From contig MU053758.1 of NCBI GenBank assembly GCA_013239625.1, positions 1,612,001-1,676,000 on the forward strand: a stretch of DNA of 64,000 nucleotides, written 5' to 3'. The DNA is from Lama guanicoe (Eukaryota). The notes below the pieces were generated by a model that ran no database searches, had not been told where the DNA came from, and saw only the letters and a list, made by a program, of their open reading frames with translations. Made by a program: the position numbers and the translations under genes. Of the stretch, positions 47,801 to 59,800 are shown piece by piece. Positions within the stretch are counted from its first letter, which is position 1. Each line of letters opens with the position of its first letter.

Positions 47801-50800
47801 GACCTTAGGCAGGTATCTCTCTGGGTCTTCATGTCCTCACCCGCAAAGCAGGGATAACAGCCACTGCAGCATCAGAATCACATGAGACGATGCACACAGA
47901 GCATGCATCACGGTGTCTGCACTCGGGATGCAGGCAATAACATGGTAGCTACTACTACTACTATTATTATTATCATTATCATTATTGTATTAACATTTCA
48001 AGTCTGTATTGTCTATTTCCATCCGGATTGGGCCTGATCAGTGGCAAACTCATTCATTCACTCACCTGCCCAACAACTATTTCCTGAGTGCCTATGTGTG
48101 CCAAGCACTGTTCTAGGTGCTGTAGGGGTGGAGAAGTGACAAAGTGGATTATGCACATATCAGATTTAATTCTCGTAACAACTTTTTACACATATAAAGC
48201 TGTGGGGGGTGGGTATAGCTCATCAGTAGAGTGCATGCTTAGCATGCATGAGGTCCTGGGTTCAATCCCCAGTACCTCCAAAAAAAAAACAATAGAGTTG
48301 TTATGAGGATTGAATAAGATATGCATGACTGGTACAGAAAAGCGTCCTCCCAGATTCAATTTCTGCCCTGCTCTGCACCCTGGTTGGTTGCCCCCACCAT
48401 GCTCTGGCTTCTGGTTGGGTTCGGCCAATGGGATTATGGCAGGGTGGAAAGAGAGAGGCTAAAGTTTCTTCCCTACTCTCTCCCCACTTGGTGACATGTG
48501 GCAGGCAGGGACTGTGCCCTCCATGACTACAGCTCCTGTGGTCCACTTCTCACGGGGCTCCCCAAACTCTATGTCCACACGCCCCTCCAGGAGGCCCAGC
48601 TTCCTGCTCTCACCGGTCCTTCACTGGGTGCCTCAACCCTCCTGTTTGTTCCCTTCACTACAGTCTCTTCACTGAGGAGATACACTGAGTGTTCCGCAGA
48701 TTTCTTAGCCTGAGTGGAAGAGGGGGTGTCCAGTTTCATGCCTGCATCAATCTCTTTGGTCCTTGCACCCTGGGAATCTGGCTCCCATCAAAGGGCTTTT
48801 CCTCAATCATTTCCTCTGATTTCTCTGTAGTATCGAGCACTGCTGCACCCCATCTCAGAGCTTTCTCCACTCCCCACCCCAATTTCTGTGTCTTTGGTCC
48901 TGGCACTTCTACTCCCTTCCCCCTCATCACTGACAAGGCAGCTTCCAGCCCCCGGTGTTAGAACCTCAGGATGAGGGGGAGGCCTCCGCTCAGCCCCTGC
49001 CCTGACAAGATGCGGTGCAACCAAGCACAGGGGTGACTCCTTCCCTTTGGAGAGCACTTTTCCACACCTGGTATTATGTGGGCTCAGAAGCCCCATTGTA
49101 CAGATGAGGGAAGAGCCTGCAGGAGAAAGAGGACTTTGACCAAGGTCACAGACTGAGCTGGGATGGAGCAGTGTCCCAGCCTGAGGACCAGGTGATTCGG
49201 GGCATTTGGAAGAAATGGAGGGGCTGGGGAAGGGGCAGGGAGAACTGGGCAGAGAGGGGCGAGGCTGGTCACGAAGTGCTAACAGCCTGGGGAAGAGTGT
49301 TGATTTTCTTATCTGGCAGGGGCTGGAGGGCATGGGTTCTAAGCTAGGGGAGTGATACAGTCAAATCTGCATTTTACAAACAGGCCTCCCCACCCCACAG
49401 GTCTCGGAAGATAGGTTAGAGGTCACAGAAGTCACAGGGAGGCCTTAGAAGGGCACGCACTGGGGAAGTGAGGCAGAAGATGATTTTTTCTGCCCCTGCC
49501 CCTTTATCACGTTCCTTTACTTTAAAACAGTTCCACAGGGAACATGTAATGCTTCATTAGTGAGAGGATGCTTTTTTAAAGAAAGGTTATCAGGAATGAA
49601 AGTGAGAGCGATACAGCCAGACCAGCAGTGGTCGTGTGGGAAGAGAGAACCACCAGGTACCTGGGGGCGGTGAGGGAGGGGAGCTCAGGAGACGTGGGTG
49701 GATTCCCCTGGTGGGTGACCTTCCTGAGGGGAAAGCAGCTGGAGCAGGCTTGAGCTCAGAACAGAGACTTGGGCAGGGACAGATGGTGCCTGGTGCCCAA
49801 GGAGAGGAGCGTGTGGCATGAGGAGCAAAGAGGGGAAGCTGGGCACAGAGGGAAGAGGCAGGCAGGAGAGAGTCGGCCAGAAAGAAGTCAGGAGGGTCGG
49901 TGGGGACCGACCAAGGAGGAGAAGATGCCAAGGAGCGGAGGGTTACAGACTCCCCAGTGTGTGCAGAGGGGTGGGGTATATGCCCAACACACTGCAGAGA
50001 GGTGGCCAGAGCGCTGTGGGAAGAGGCCATTTGGAGGCCACCGGAGACATAGCCAAGCCCAGCGGTGAGCCAGAGGGAAGTGGGAGGCGGCAGGGAGCCG
50101 AGGAACGAATGCAGAAGGCCTGCAGGCAGGTGATGAAGGTGACTGGAGGGGCAGGAGAGAGAGCAACAGGCAGAGGAGCCGGGCTCTGGGGGAGCGGAGA
50201 GTCACCGGGAGAGATGGTACAGCACAATTACAGAGGAGGGAGGGGTCGCCAAAGAGGCCGAAGCAAATTTGGGGAGGGCTGTCAGATAGTCCAGACTTGA
50301 ATCCTGCTCCACCACCTGCCAGCCGCGTGACCCTAGGTAAAGCCTCAGTTTCCCCATCTGTCAAATGGGGATAATAAAAACCTTCCTCAGAGTGATGAGC
50401 ATGCAATCAGATGATGTGTGTGTCTAGCACCAGTGAACACCCCACGGAGGTCAGCTACCATCCTGGACACGAAGGAGGGATCAGCCTGGACAGGATGAGG
50501 GGAACTCACCCTTGGTGGTGGCAGGAAAAAGAGCTGGCAGTGGTATAGGCAGGGAGCGCCTGGGGACCCATGAGGAAGACGGTGGGCCAGTAGGGAGCTG
50601 GTGAGCAGCCTGGCTGGCGTGCCTCCACTGGACTCTCCAGAGAAGCAACAGGCAAGGCCCAGGCTGTCACAGGGCCATGTGGTGGGAGGCTTTGGGATTC
50701 CTGGGTCCCAGTCCTGGCTCTGATGCCACCTTGCTGTGGGCCCTTGGGAAGTCCCTTTTCTTCTCCTAGTTGTCTCCTCATTTGTACAGGAGGTGGCTGG

Positions 50801-53800
50801 ACTTGCCCATCTCTAACCACCTGCCTGCCTCTGAGCCTAAAACCTTCTTCAAGTCACATATTCTGGGTATTTCATGGCCCCTACTCCCACGCAGCACTCA
50901 GAATGGGCCTGGCATATAGGAGCTGCTTGGAAATATTTACTGAACCAGACGAGTGCACTAAAGCTTTCTCTCAACATCTAGGCCCAAGGACCACCCTGTA
51001 TCTTTTTTTTTTTTTAATTTAGAAGTAAAACAAAAGTTTAATTCTTAAAACGTATGTTCAACTCCAACATTTTCTATTCTATTTCACATGTTGTTGTGAA
51101 CATTAAATTGATTTTACAACAACCAACAGGTCGTAGGCTGCAGTTTGAGAAACACTGGCTTGAGAAAGTTAATTAACCAAAATTCAAGAGCTACCCAGTG
51201 TTGGAGGCAGAATTCCAACCCTAGTTTGCCCAGATTGAGAGCCTTTACAGCGCTATTAAAAGCATGAAAAGTTTGTGTCTTCGCCAGGGGATGAACAAGG
51301 TATTCATGAGTCTGCAGGTGGGCTCAGTGGAAGCAGTTCACAGACAAATTTAAAAAGACCTTTCACCTTCTACTGCTGCTCATGCCTGCCTAGGAAGGTG
51401 ACTGGAATCTTCCTTGAAATGAGACAGCAGGCACCCTGCATCTTCTGACGGGGCCACAGGTGGGCCACGGGGCACAAACACCCATGGGTGAGGCCCAGCT
51501 CCCTCATTAAATCTGAAAGAAGGCGCAGCACCCCCACCACTCCTGGACCCAAAGTACTTCTCCCCCTTCTCCCCCTCCCCATTCATGTCAGCAGGGACCC
51601 CATTGCAACCCAAATGCAAGACTGAAAAGCAGATGCAAAATTGGTTTCTCCCTCAGCCAGGAGATGGCCTAAGAGCTGAGATGAGAGAGGGGGCCCAAAG
51701 AGCAGGCCGACCTGGGAGCAGAGCGCAGGAAGCAGAGGGGAGGGGAGCGGCAGGAAGATGAGGCATAGAGGCCCTTCCCACACCCTGGGGGCAGGTGGCC
51801 TTAGAAGGGCCCAGGCACTGGGGCTGGTGAGACAGGAGTCTGCTAACTCTGCCTCCTCCAGGAGTGGCTGGGGAGACGGCCCTCTCAGGCCCTGAGTGAG
51901 GGGCCTTTGGAGAGGGGAGCGATCTGGTCTAGAACTAGGTTCTACATGAGTTGGGGAGAGGAGATGGTTCAAGGGACTGGTGGGGCAGTCCTGGCAGGAA
52001 GGACTTCTGGGCAGCCAGCAGGAAGGTCGTCACAGGCATACAAACTGGCAGGAGATGCCCAGCACACAGCACTGCCAGTGGGAAGGGGTGTGGGTCTGCT
52101 AAGGCCCCGCCCCCGTGGCACCCAGGCTTACCTGCTGCTGGGCCTGGATCCTCATGTACTCTGCCCTCTGCTTGCCATGTTTGCCTTTGTCGGGGCTGCC
52201 AGCCTGGCCCTGGGCCGCCTTCAGCCGAGAGGCCCCTGGAGTCACCACCTTCATGGGTGGCACACTACCACCGCCACTCTGCAGGAAGAGGAACAGGGTT
52301 GGGGTTGGAGGTGGGATCAGACGGGCACCCTAGGACAGTGGGCCCTCTGAGACCTGGAGAGCCCTCCCTGGTCCACGTCCCGGCCCAGGACTCAGGCCCA
52401 TTCCACATTTAAGGCCTCCCTGCAGGAGAGGGGCTGGGGGCCTCCAGCCAAGTTCCCAACAGCTGAGTGAGCACTCTTTGGCGGTTTCCTGGAGTAGCCT
52501 AGGGGCAGCTGGTGCCCTTTTATGGGAATCACTTTAAAAGTGAGGGTCCCTGGCACCACTCCCACTCCTGGCCAGGGGCACCATCCTGGGCCGGATAGAA
52601 CATGCCCGAGATTTGGGGGAGGGGTCTTTATAATGGCAAAGTAGGAATGGCAGCCCCAGGCCCGCATCTTCCTCCTATTGGAGGATGCGGGCCAAATCCC
52701 CCTAGAGATAGACAAGTCCAGCCCCCTTGAACCACCCCAGGGACCAGGCCTTCCCAGAGGGCTCTGGGGATCCAGAGGCGCAGGCAGAGAAACAACAGAG
52801 ACAGAGTCAGACAGGAGAGGATGAGGGGAGTGCAGGGGCGGAAATGGGGGAAAGAATTTTATTTGTTGGTTTACAGATACAGAGCAGAGGGGAGGGACCC
52901 CGGTCCCCATCAGGGCTGGTTAGGCTGATCCTTGGGCAGGCCAGCTTCCCAGCCTTCCCAGGGCTCTGCCTGCAAACCCCGCCTGGTACCAGTCTCCTGG
53001 AAGGGTGGTGGGAACTGAGAGAAGGCCAGTGGGAGGAGGAGGGGGCTGGCGCAGTGCTCCTGCAGCCCCCCACTCCCCCCGGCTCTGAAGACCAAGAGAC
53101 TGGAGCATGAAGACAAGAGGATAGGACGGGGCAGGAGGCAAACACCTGAGGGCCAGGGGGTGGGGTTGGGGGGCTGCCAGGGGGCCCCACGGCAGGGGCC
53201 ATGCCCATCTGGCTGAGGGTGGCTTCCAGCTCCTGGAGCGTCTCCTCCAGACTGTCCATCCGCTGAGCGGTGGCACCATGCACTGTGCAGCCCAGGCCAG
53301 CAGCACGCGGACCCTTCCGCTCCCCACTGCGGGGCTGATTGTGTCCAGAGTCCTTGAGGGTCTCCTCTGGATGGCTCTCAGCAGGGGAGGGCTCCTGGGT
53401 CCTCTTCAGGGCTGGCCCCCGAGGACAGGGGACCCCAGCTTCTCCCTCCTCTGGGCTGCAGCCCCCTGTCCCTAGTCTCTTCAGAGCCACCCCTTCCTTC
53501 TCCATCCTCAAGCTGTTTCTGGGCTGGGAAGCCTCAGCCACTACCCCTGGCTGGGCCCGTGGATTATCCCAGCCCTTCCTGCTGCCACCCAGGGTCCGGG
53601 GTCGTGGGATGGGGGTCGTCCTGGGACCAGGTTCCTCAAGCCTGGCCTCTGGTGGGGAGGGAGGGTTGGGGGCACACTCTGTCAAGATGATCCGGGGGAT
53701 GCAGAAGGGCCGGGGGCCCGGGGGAACCTGGGGAGAGAAGAGAGATGAGGGAAGGTGTGATCCCTGCAACCAAAACACCCGAGCTGGGATGGGGGCTAGA

Positions 53801-56800
53801 CGTGGGTGAGCCCAGCCCTTTCCTTTCATAGATGGGGAAACTGAGACAGGGAGGGTCCTGACTGCGTTTAACCAGCAAGTTAGAGGCAAAGCGGGGTCTA
53901 GAACTCAGGCCTCTTTCCACCACACCTCACTTTCTGGCAAAGACGCCAGTTTACCTGGAAGCACAGATATATGTTTACTTCTCATCACCCTTTAAACTCT
54001 GGGAGCAGGTCTCACGGTTACTGCCATGAGTTTGCCCATCTGTGCAATAGGGCAGTAACGTAAGGCTGGTGGAGACTGAAGTGAGCTCATGCGGGCATGT
54101 GCTTGGAACAGTGCCTGACATATCATAAGTGCTCGACAGATATTCACTATTTGTTGAATTGAACTGAAAGTCCAAGACCGGCAGCCCTGTGTGGGTGGAA
54201 ACCAGGTGTTGGCCTCTGAGGGTGGGAAAGTCAGCCTCTTCTTAGGTCAGAGACTCCTGGCCCCCACCCCCTACTTTAGGAGCTTTCTCCAAGGGCTTCA
54301 CAGCTACGACAAGAGGGGCTCGGCCAAGTCCGTCTGCTGCACACAGACTCAGGCTAAGCTGGAGTGCCTGCGTCTGTGTGAGTGTCCCTGGCGCTGGCTC
54401 GGGTCGGGGCACAGAGAGAGGCTCCCAATCAGCCACCACCAACTTGAGTGAATTCTGATCTAATTCTGAGAAGAGTTTTATACCAGGAACTGCCATATAC
54501 GTCTTCATCTTCAACCCTTACTGAACCCCGAGAAATGGTTACTACTCTTATCACTTTACAGATGAGGAAACTGAGGTGGGGGGGTCATGTAATTTACCCA
54601 AGGTCACTTACCCACAGCTAGCTAGTGGCAGAGCCAGGATTTGAACCCAGGCAGTCTGACTCCAAGTCCAGTGCTCTTTCCACTAAACAGAGCCATGGGG
54701 AGATGCATGGGGGGCAGCAAGGACCCCCAGAACCCCCCTCCCAAGGCAACCCCCCCAGCCTTGCCACCTGCTTACCTGGAGGTGGGAGGTGCAGACTAGG
54801 AAGGCAGAGAGGGCGACCCATGCCTGCCCGGCTCCACTGCCCGATGGCGCCTCAGGATGCAGAGGGTCAACCAGCCCAAAGGGCCAGCGGAGGGGCTTTG
54901 TTCACTGGACCCCTTCAGGATTGGCTCCCAGGGCCAGAAAGGGGCAGGGGATGGGTGCAGCGGGCCAAGGTGCTGAGGGCACAGCAGCCTGGGGGCAGCC
55001 CTTCCATATGTTCATCCCCAGACAGCTCCTAGGACTGCTCTTTGCCCATCCTCTGCCCAGCAGACAGCACTGTCCACTCATTTGGTGCTTGTCTGCTCCC
55101 CCCGCCAGGGAGCCAAAGCACCACTAAGCCTCAAGCCAGGCTAGAAATCAGGTGGCGACAAGCATGGAACCCACTGTGGGCCAAGAGAACCAGACGAGGC
55201 AGGTGAGCGTGTACATGCAGGGGAGGCTCCCCTCCCCAGAGCAGAGGCCCTCCTGCTCTAACCTGACTGAGCAGAGGGAGAGATTCCCAGACCACCACCC
55301 CTCAATTCCCCCTCCCCAAGCACAGTCCCCTGGGGTGCAGACAGCAGGTCACCCCCAAATTCCCAGGAAAGAATAAAAAGGAAATAAGTGCAGCAAGACA
55401 GCAGCAAGGACTGAAGTTAGAGAGAAGGAAGAACTTCCCAATACTGAAAGACAGAACCAGCAGCCAAGGAAGGGCATGGGTCTCTTCCATCCCAAGCTCT
55501 TTGATGGGGCCATGGGGCCGAGGGAGGCTATAAATGAGCCTTCCTCCTTTCTGGATGTCCTGGCCCCCAGTGCAAGGCATAGATTCTAGCAGGAGAAACA
55601 GCCCCCACCTGGCACAGGCAGCAGGGTAAGGGACCGTGGGGGCAGGGACCAGGCAAGGACTCAGGACAAAGTCAGATTTTGAGTTGGGCCTAAAGTCATG
55701 CAGTGAGTAAGATCCAAACGCCAATCTTGGACCAAGACAATACCTGGGCTTCAGGCCAGACCTAAACTCTGGCTGCAGATCTGAACAAAATACCCAGGCC
55801 ACCATGGGGCAGACTCAGAATCAAGCTGGTAAGGAAATGCAGACCCAAGGGGCCACCAGATACCAGGCTGCTGGAGTCTCTGAGAGGGAAGGACGGGTTA
55901 AGCACCTGTCCTGGGAGCGGGGGAGGGGGCGAGTCCCCGTGGGTGAGGCTGTGGCAGGGGTGGGACTCAGGGATGTGACTGGCCTTCTAGCGGGTTGGGT
56001 TAGCGTGAGAAGTGAGGAGAGGAAGCTGTGGAGGCACAGGCAGAGACAGCGCTGTGAGAGGTGGGGGGCAGCCCGTTACCTTCCATGTGAGGCCCAGGGC
56101 AGAGCCCCCAGGGGGCCCCGGGTCCTGGGGGGACAGCAAGGTGGGGATCGGCTGGCGGCGGGGCGTGGGGGGGAGGGGAGACATTGAGCTTCTCTCAAAC
56201 ACCTGGGGAGCAGAAGGTGGGGGCAGGTTTGGAGGAGGAGACGCAGGGAGAAAGGGGGTACTGGGCTCTGGCCCAGGCACCCATGGGAAGGGGTGGCCTG
56301 GGCTGGCACTGGGACCCCAGTCTCATTCCTTTGCCCCTCACCATGGCCACCAGCCACTCTGCCCTGCATTTTGTCTCCTCCCAGAAGCCCTGGTGGTCCA
56401 GGTCCCCAGCCTCTCGGGGAGGGGTGCTGAGAACACCAGAGTCTGGGTGACTTACAGCACTGGGAGGGGCTCAAGGCACACGGATAGGAGGGTGTTAGAG
56501 CTTCGGTTCTCAGAACACTTGGGGATGGGGGTCTCAGAGCACAGGGGGCGTGGGGGCAGTTGGGGAGTCTCAGAGACTACAATAAAAAAACTCACACATG
56601 CAAGGAAGGACTTTAGATCCCCTCCCCCACTTTCCAGTGGAGAAGAAACTGAGGCAAGAAGGATGGGATTCTGAACCCGCCTCAGCGGAGAACCGAGAGT
56701 CCATCCCCCTGTCCTAGTCTGGGCACCTCGCCCTGGGGCCTGCTTGGCAGGGAAAAGGGTGGGGCCGGCTGGTGACTCGGGGTCCGGGTGTGCCCCTGAC

Positions 56801-59800
56801 TCACCTCCAGCTCTGCGATGATGCGGTCCTCATCGTCCTCGTCCTTGATGGCAGAGGCCATGATGGGGGGTGTGGAGGCTGGGCGGGCGACCTCTGACAC
56901 GGTCCGGCGCAGCTTCACTTGGGGCTTCTGTACCTCCAGCTCCTCGGACTCAGCCTTCTGCAAGGCCCCGGCCCCCATCAGGACCAGGCTCTGCCCTCCT
57001 CCAGCACCAGCTCACCTCCTAGGCCCTACCACTTCCAGACCATCTCCCACCTGCCCCAGCAACTCATCTGCTGCTTCCTCTGTCCCCTGCCAGGATGGAA
57101 GGAGGAGGAAGCCTGAGCCAGAAGTAGAGTCACCCCTGGCCAGCCTCCTTTTCTTCTACTTCCTCTGAGAGAGGGGACCACACTAGAGGATATCCAGAGG
57201 CCATCTCAGGCATCCCCCCAACTCAACCCCCTCATCCCCTACCCACGGTGGGAGTGGTACCTTGATGAAGGCAGAGTCCTTCTTGCTGGTGACCACAACC
57301 TCTCCAGTGCGCGTGGTGGTCAGGCCGTGGGAGGAGGGGAAGCTCCGGCGGGGAGGGGGTGGCGGGGGCGACTTGGAGGGCTTCTCCGTGCGGTAGCGGG
57401 GCACTGTCAGCTCATCTGTGGGCAGCCAAGGGGTTGGGGGTCAGGGTACTGTAACCCTGGAGTCTGTGTACCACATCTGACTTCAAGCGGATACATTTGC
57501 TTCCTCCTCCAGGGAGAAAGGGAGAGGAAAGCTCAGGGGAAAAGACATGGGCCCCCTCCTCCTTCTCTCCTACTTTCCAACACAATCTAGCCCCAGGCCC
57601 TGTCACACCTCTTATAGACCTCTCATCCCTTGCTACTCAAAGAGTGGTCCTTGGACCAACAGCATTGGCAGCCCCTGGGAGCTTGTTAGAAATGCAGAAG
57701 CTCAGTCCCCACCCAGAGCTGCTGAATCAGAATCCACATTCTAGCTGATCACTGGGTGATTTCACATGCACATTCAACTTTGAGAATTGCTGCTCTAATC
57801 CATCTCGTGCCTGCCCACCCCTCAGCCCTGCCCTGGCACAGATCTTCAGATCTTCATCCTTTCTTCATCAAGAGAGAGCAGTTTTAGTACTATTGTAAGA
57901 GTCTGACCCAGCCCACCAGGATCTCCCTCTCTCCATTTCTTCTGGGGAGGGAGGCACTGTTTCCTGGACAACCTGCAGAAAAATCACTCAAACCTGACAT
58001 TCCTCCACTTTTGACCCCCAGTAGTTACCCATTAACCCAAGCCACGTCCAAGTTCCTTGGCCTTGGCCCAGCACCCTCTGTGCCTGCCAATCTTTCAGCT
58101 TCATTTCCACTTGCTACTCCCTGGCCTGCACCTGCTGGGTAACACCAAACACACACCTCCAGGCATTCGTACATGCTGCTCCCTCTCCCTGGAATGCCCT
58201 CACTGGCCAGGGAAATGCAAGACTCCAATGGAAAGTCTCCTCCCAAGGGAGGCCCTTCCTGCCCTCCCAGGGCCTCCTCTCGGACAGCACAGCACCTCCG
58301 CGGCTGCATCTACCACTCGCATCCTATTTCTGGCTTACACACCTGGTATGGCCTGGGATAGATTATTTAACCATGTTGTGCCTGAGTGTACTCATCTGCA
58401 AAATGGGAAAAGTCACTGTCTCTGCCTCCTGGGCTTTTTGCAAAATTATAAGGATTAATAAATAGAAAGCATTTGGAGCAGCTCTGGCCACACTATAAGT
58501 GCTTGACAAGCATAAATGTTAGTATTATTCACCCACAAGCTCCTTGAAAACAAGCAGTCTTACCTCCTTATCCCCAGCACCCAGCACATAGTAAGTGCTT
58601 AACAAATACACGTGGCAGGAATAAATAAATGAATGAATGACAATTGCCATTTCTGGTTCCGGGATTTGTGCCTCCCCTGGGAGCTCTCGGGCTCAGGAGC
58701 ACTGGAAGCGTGTTGGTATTACTCAGCGCGGCAGCCCGTCTCGGCACGGCCTCACTCCCAGCACATCCTCGGTCAGAATGTGCAGGTGGATGACCTTCTG
58801 CCTGGACTTGCCCCTCCTCCCTGGGTGGTCCTCTCAGCAGCAGCCAGGGCAGTGGAGAAAGCCCTGGATGGAGCCCATTGCTACCCAACCCTGCTGAGTC
58901 TCCCCCTAATGGCTGAAGGTCAGGCCAGCGCCTCCCTCCTCTGGCAGCCCGACCACAAAGACTCTCACTCCCAAGTACCTTCCCCATCACCCAGAGAACT
59001 CCCACAGATGTGGGTACTCTCCCTCTGGGCTCTTCGTCAGCCCCCACCTGCCCCCATACCTGAGCCTCTTCTCCCACTGGGCTCTGTGCGGGGGGCCGCC
59101 TTCTGGCCGTGGGGGACCTTGGGGGGCTTGTGGTCAGGGCTGGGGGCTGGGCCCGGGTGGGCCTTGCTCGCACAGTCCAGGTCAGGGATGGCCTTCAGCA
59201 GCTCCGCCTGTGTCTCCTCCAGGAGCCGGTTGATGTCCTTGGCACTGTACTGGGTCAGGGCTGCCCGCTTCTCCTCCCAGTCCCGCTCGGCAGCCTTGAG
59301 AGGAGGGGGCAACAGTCAGGACTGAAAGGACTCCTGGACCTTTGTTGCCTCAGCCACACATGCAAGGAACGGAAAGGAAGCCTCCCATTTGGTCTGGTCC
59401 CTGGAGGACACTCTAGCTTCTCCTTGAGTATTGCAAGCTTTCCCTGGGAGTTGGGGATGCCATCGTCATTATAAACTACTCCCTGGAAAAACTTAGACCT
59501 CCTTCAGACATTCTATTCTGTTTCATTGAGCACATAATCTATTCTTCTGCTAACACCACATGGCCTCAGTTATCACAGGTTTATAATTTGCTTTTCTGTT
59601 CAGCCAGACTAATGTCACCCTCAATATGCTTCTTGTTCCCCAGGAAAAAGTACCTGCACATCAGCACTTCCCAACCTAAGACAGCGGCAAGAACATGTGA
59701 GCCTAGCTCAGACCCCTCCCCGTCCCGGGCCCAGCACCTCAACAGACACAGCCTTGTCCACGCTTCTCTTGCCAGGAGCATCCAGGCCTTTCGTGGGGTT

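Noticed and set aside
52099..52131. Read-through of the SRCIN1 penultimate exon donor giving QQQ-VSLGATGAGP*
   Set aside because: Donor CAG|gtaagc is strong and I saw no nearby poly(A) signal; no support from sequence alone
58568..59474. ORFs of 201-230 aa overlapping an SRCIN1 exon in other frames or strand
   Set aside because: Shadows of the real exon plus GC-rich intron
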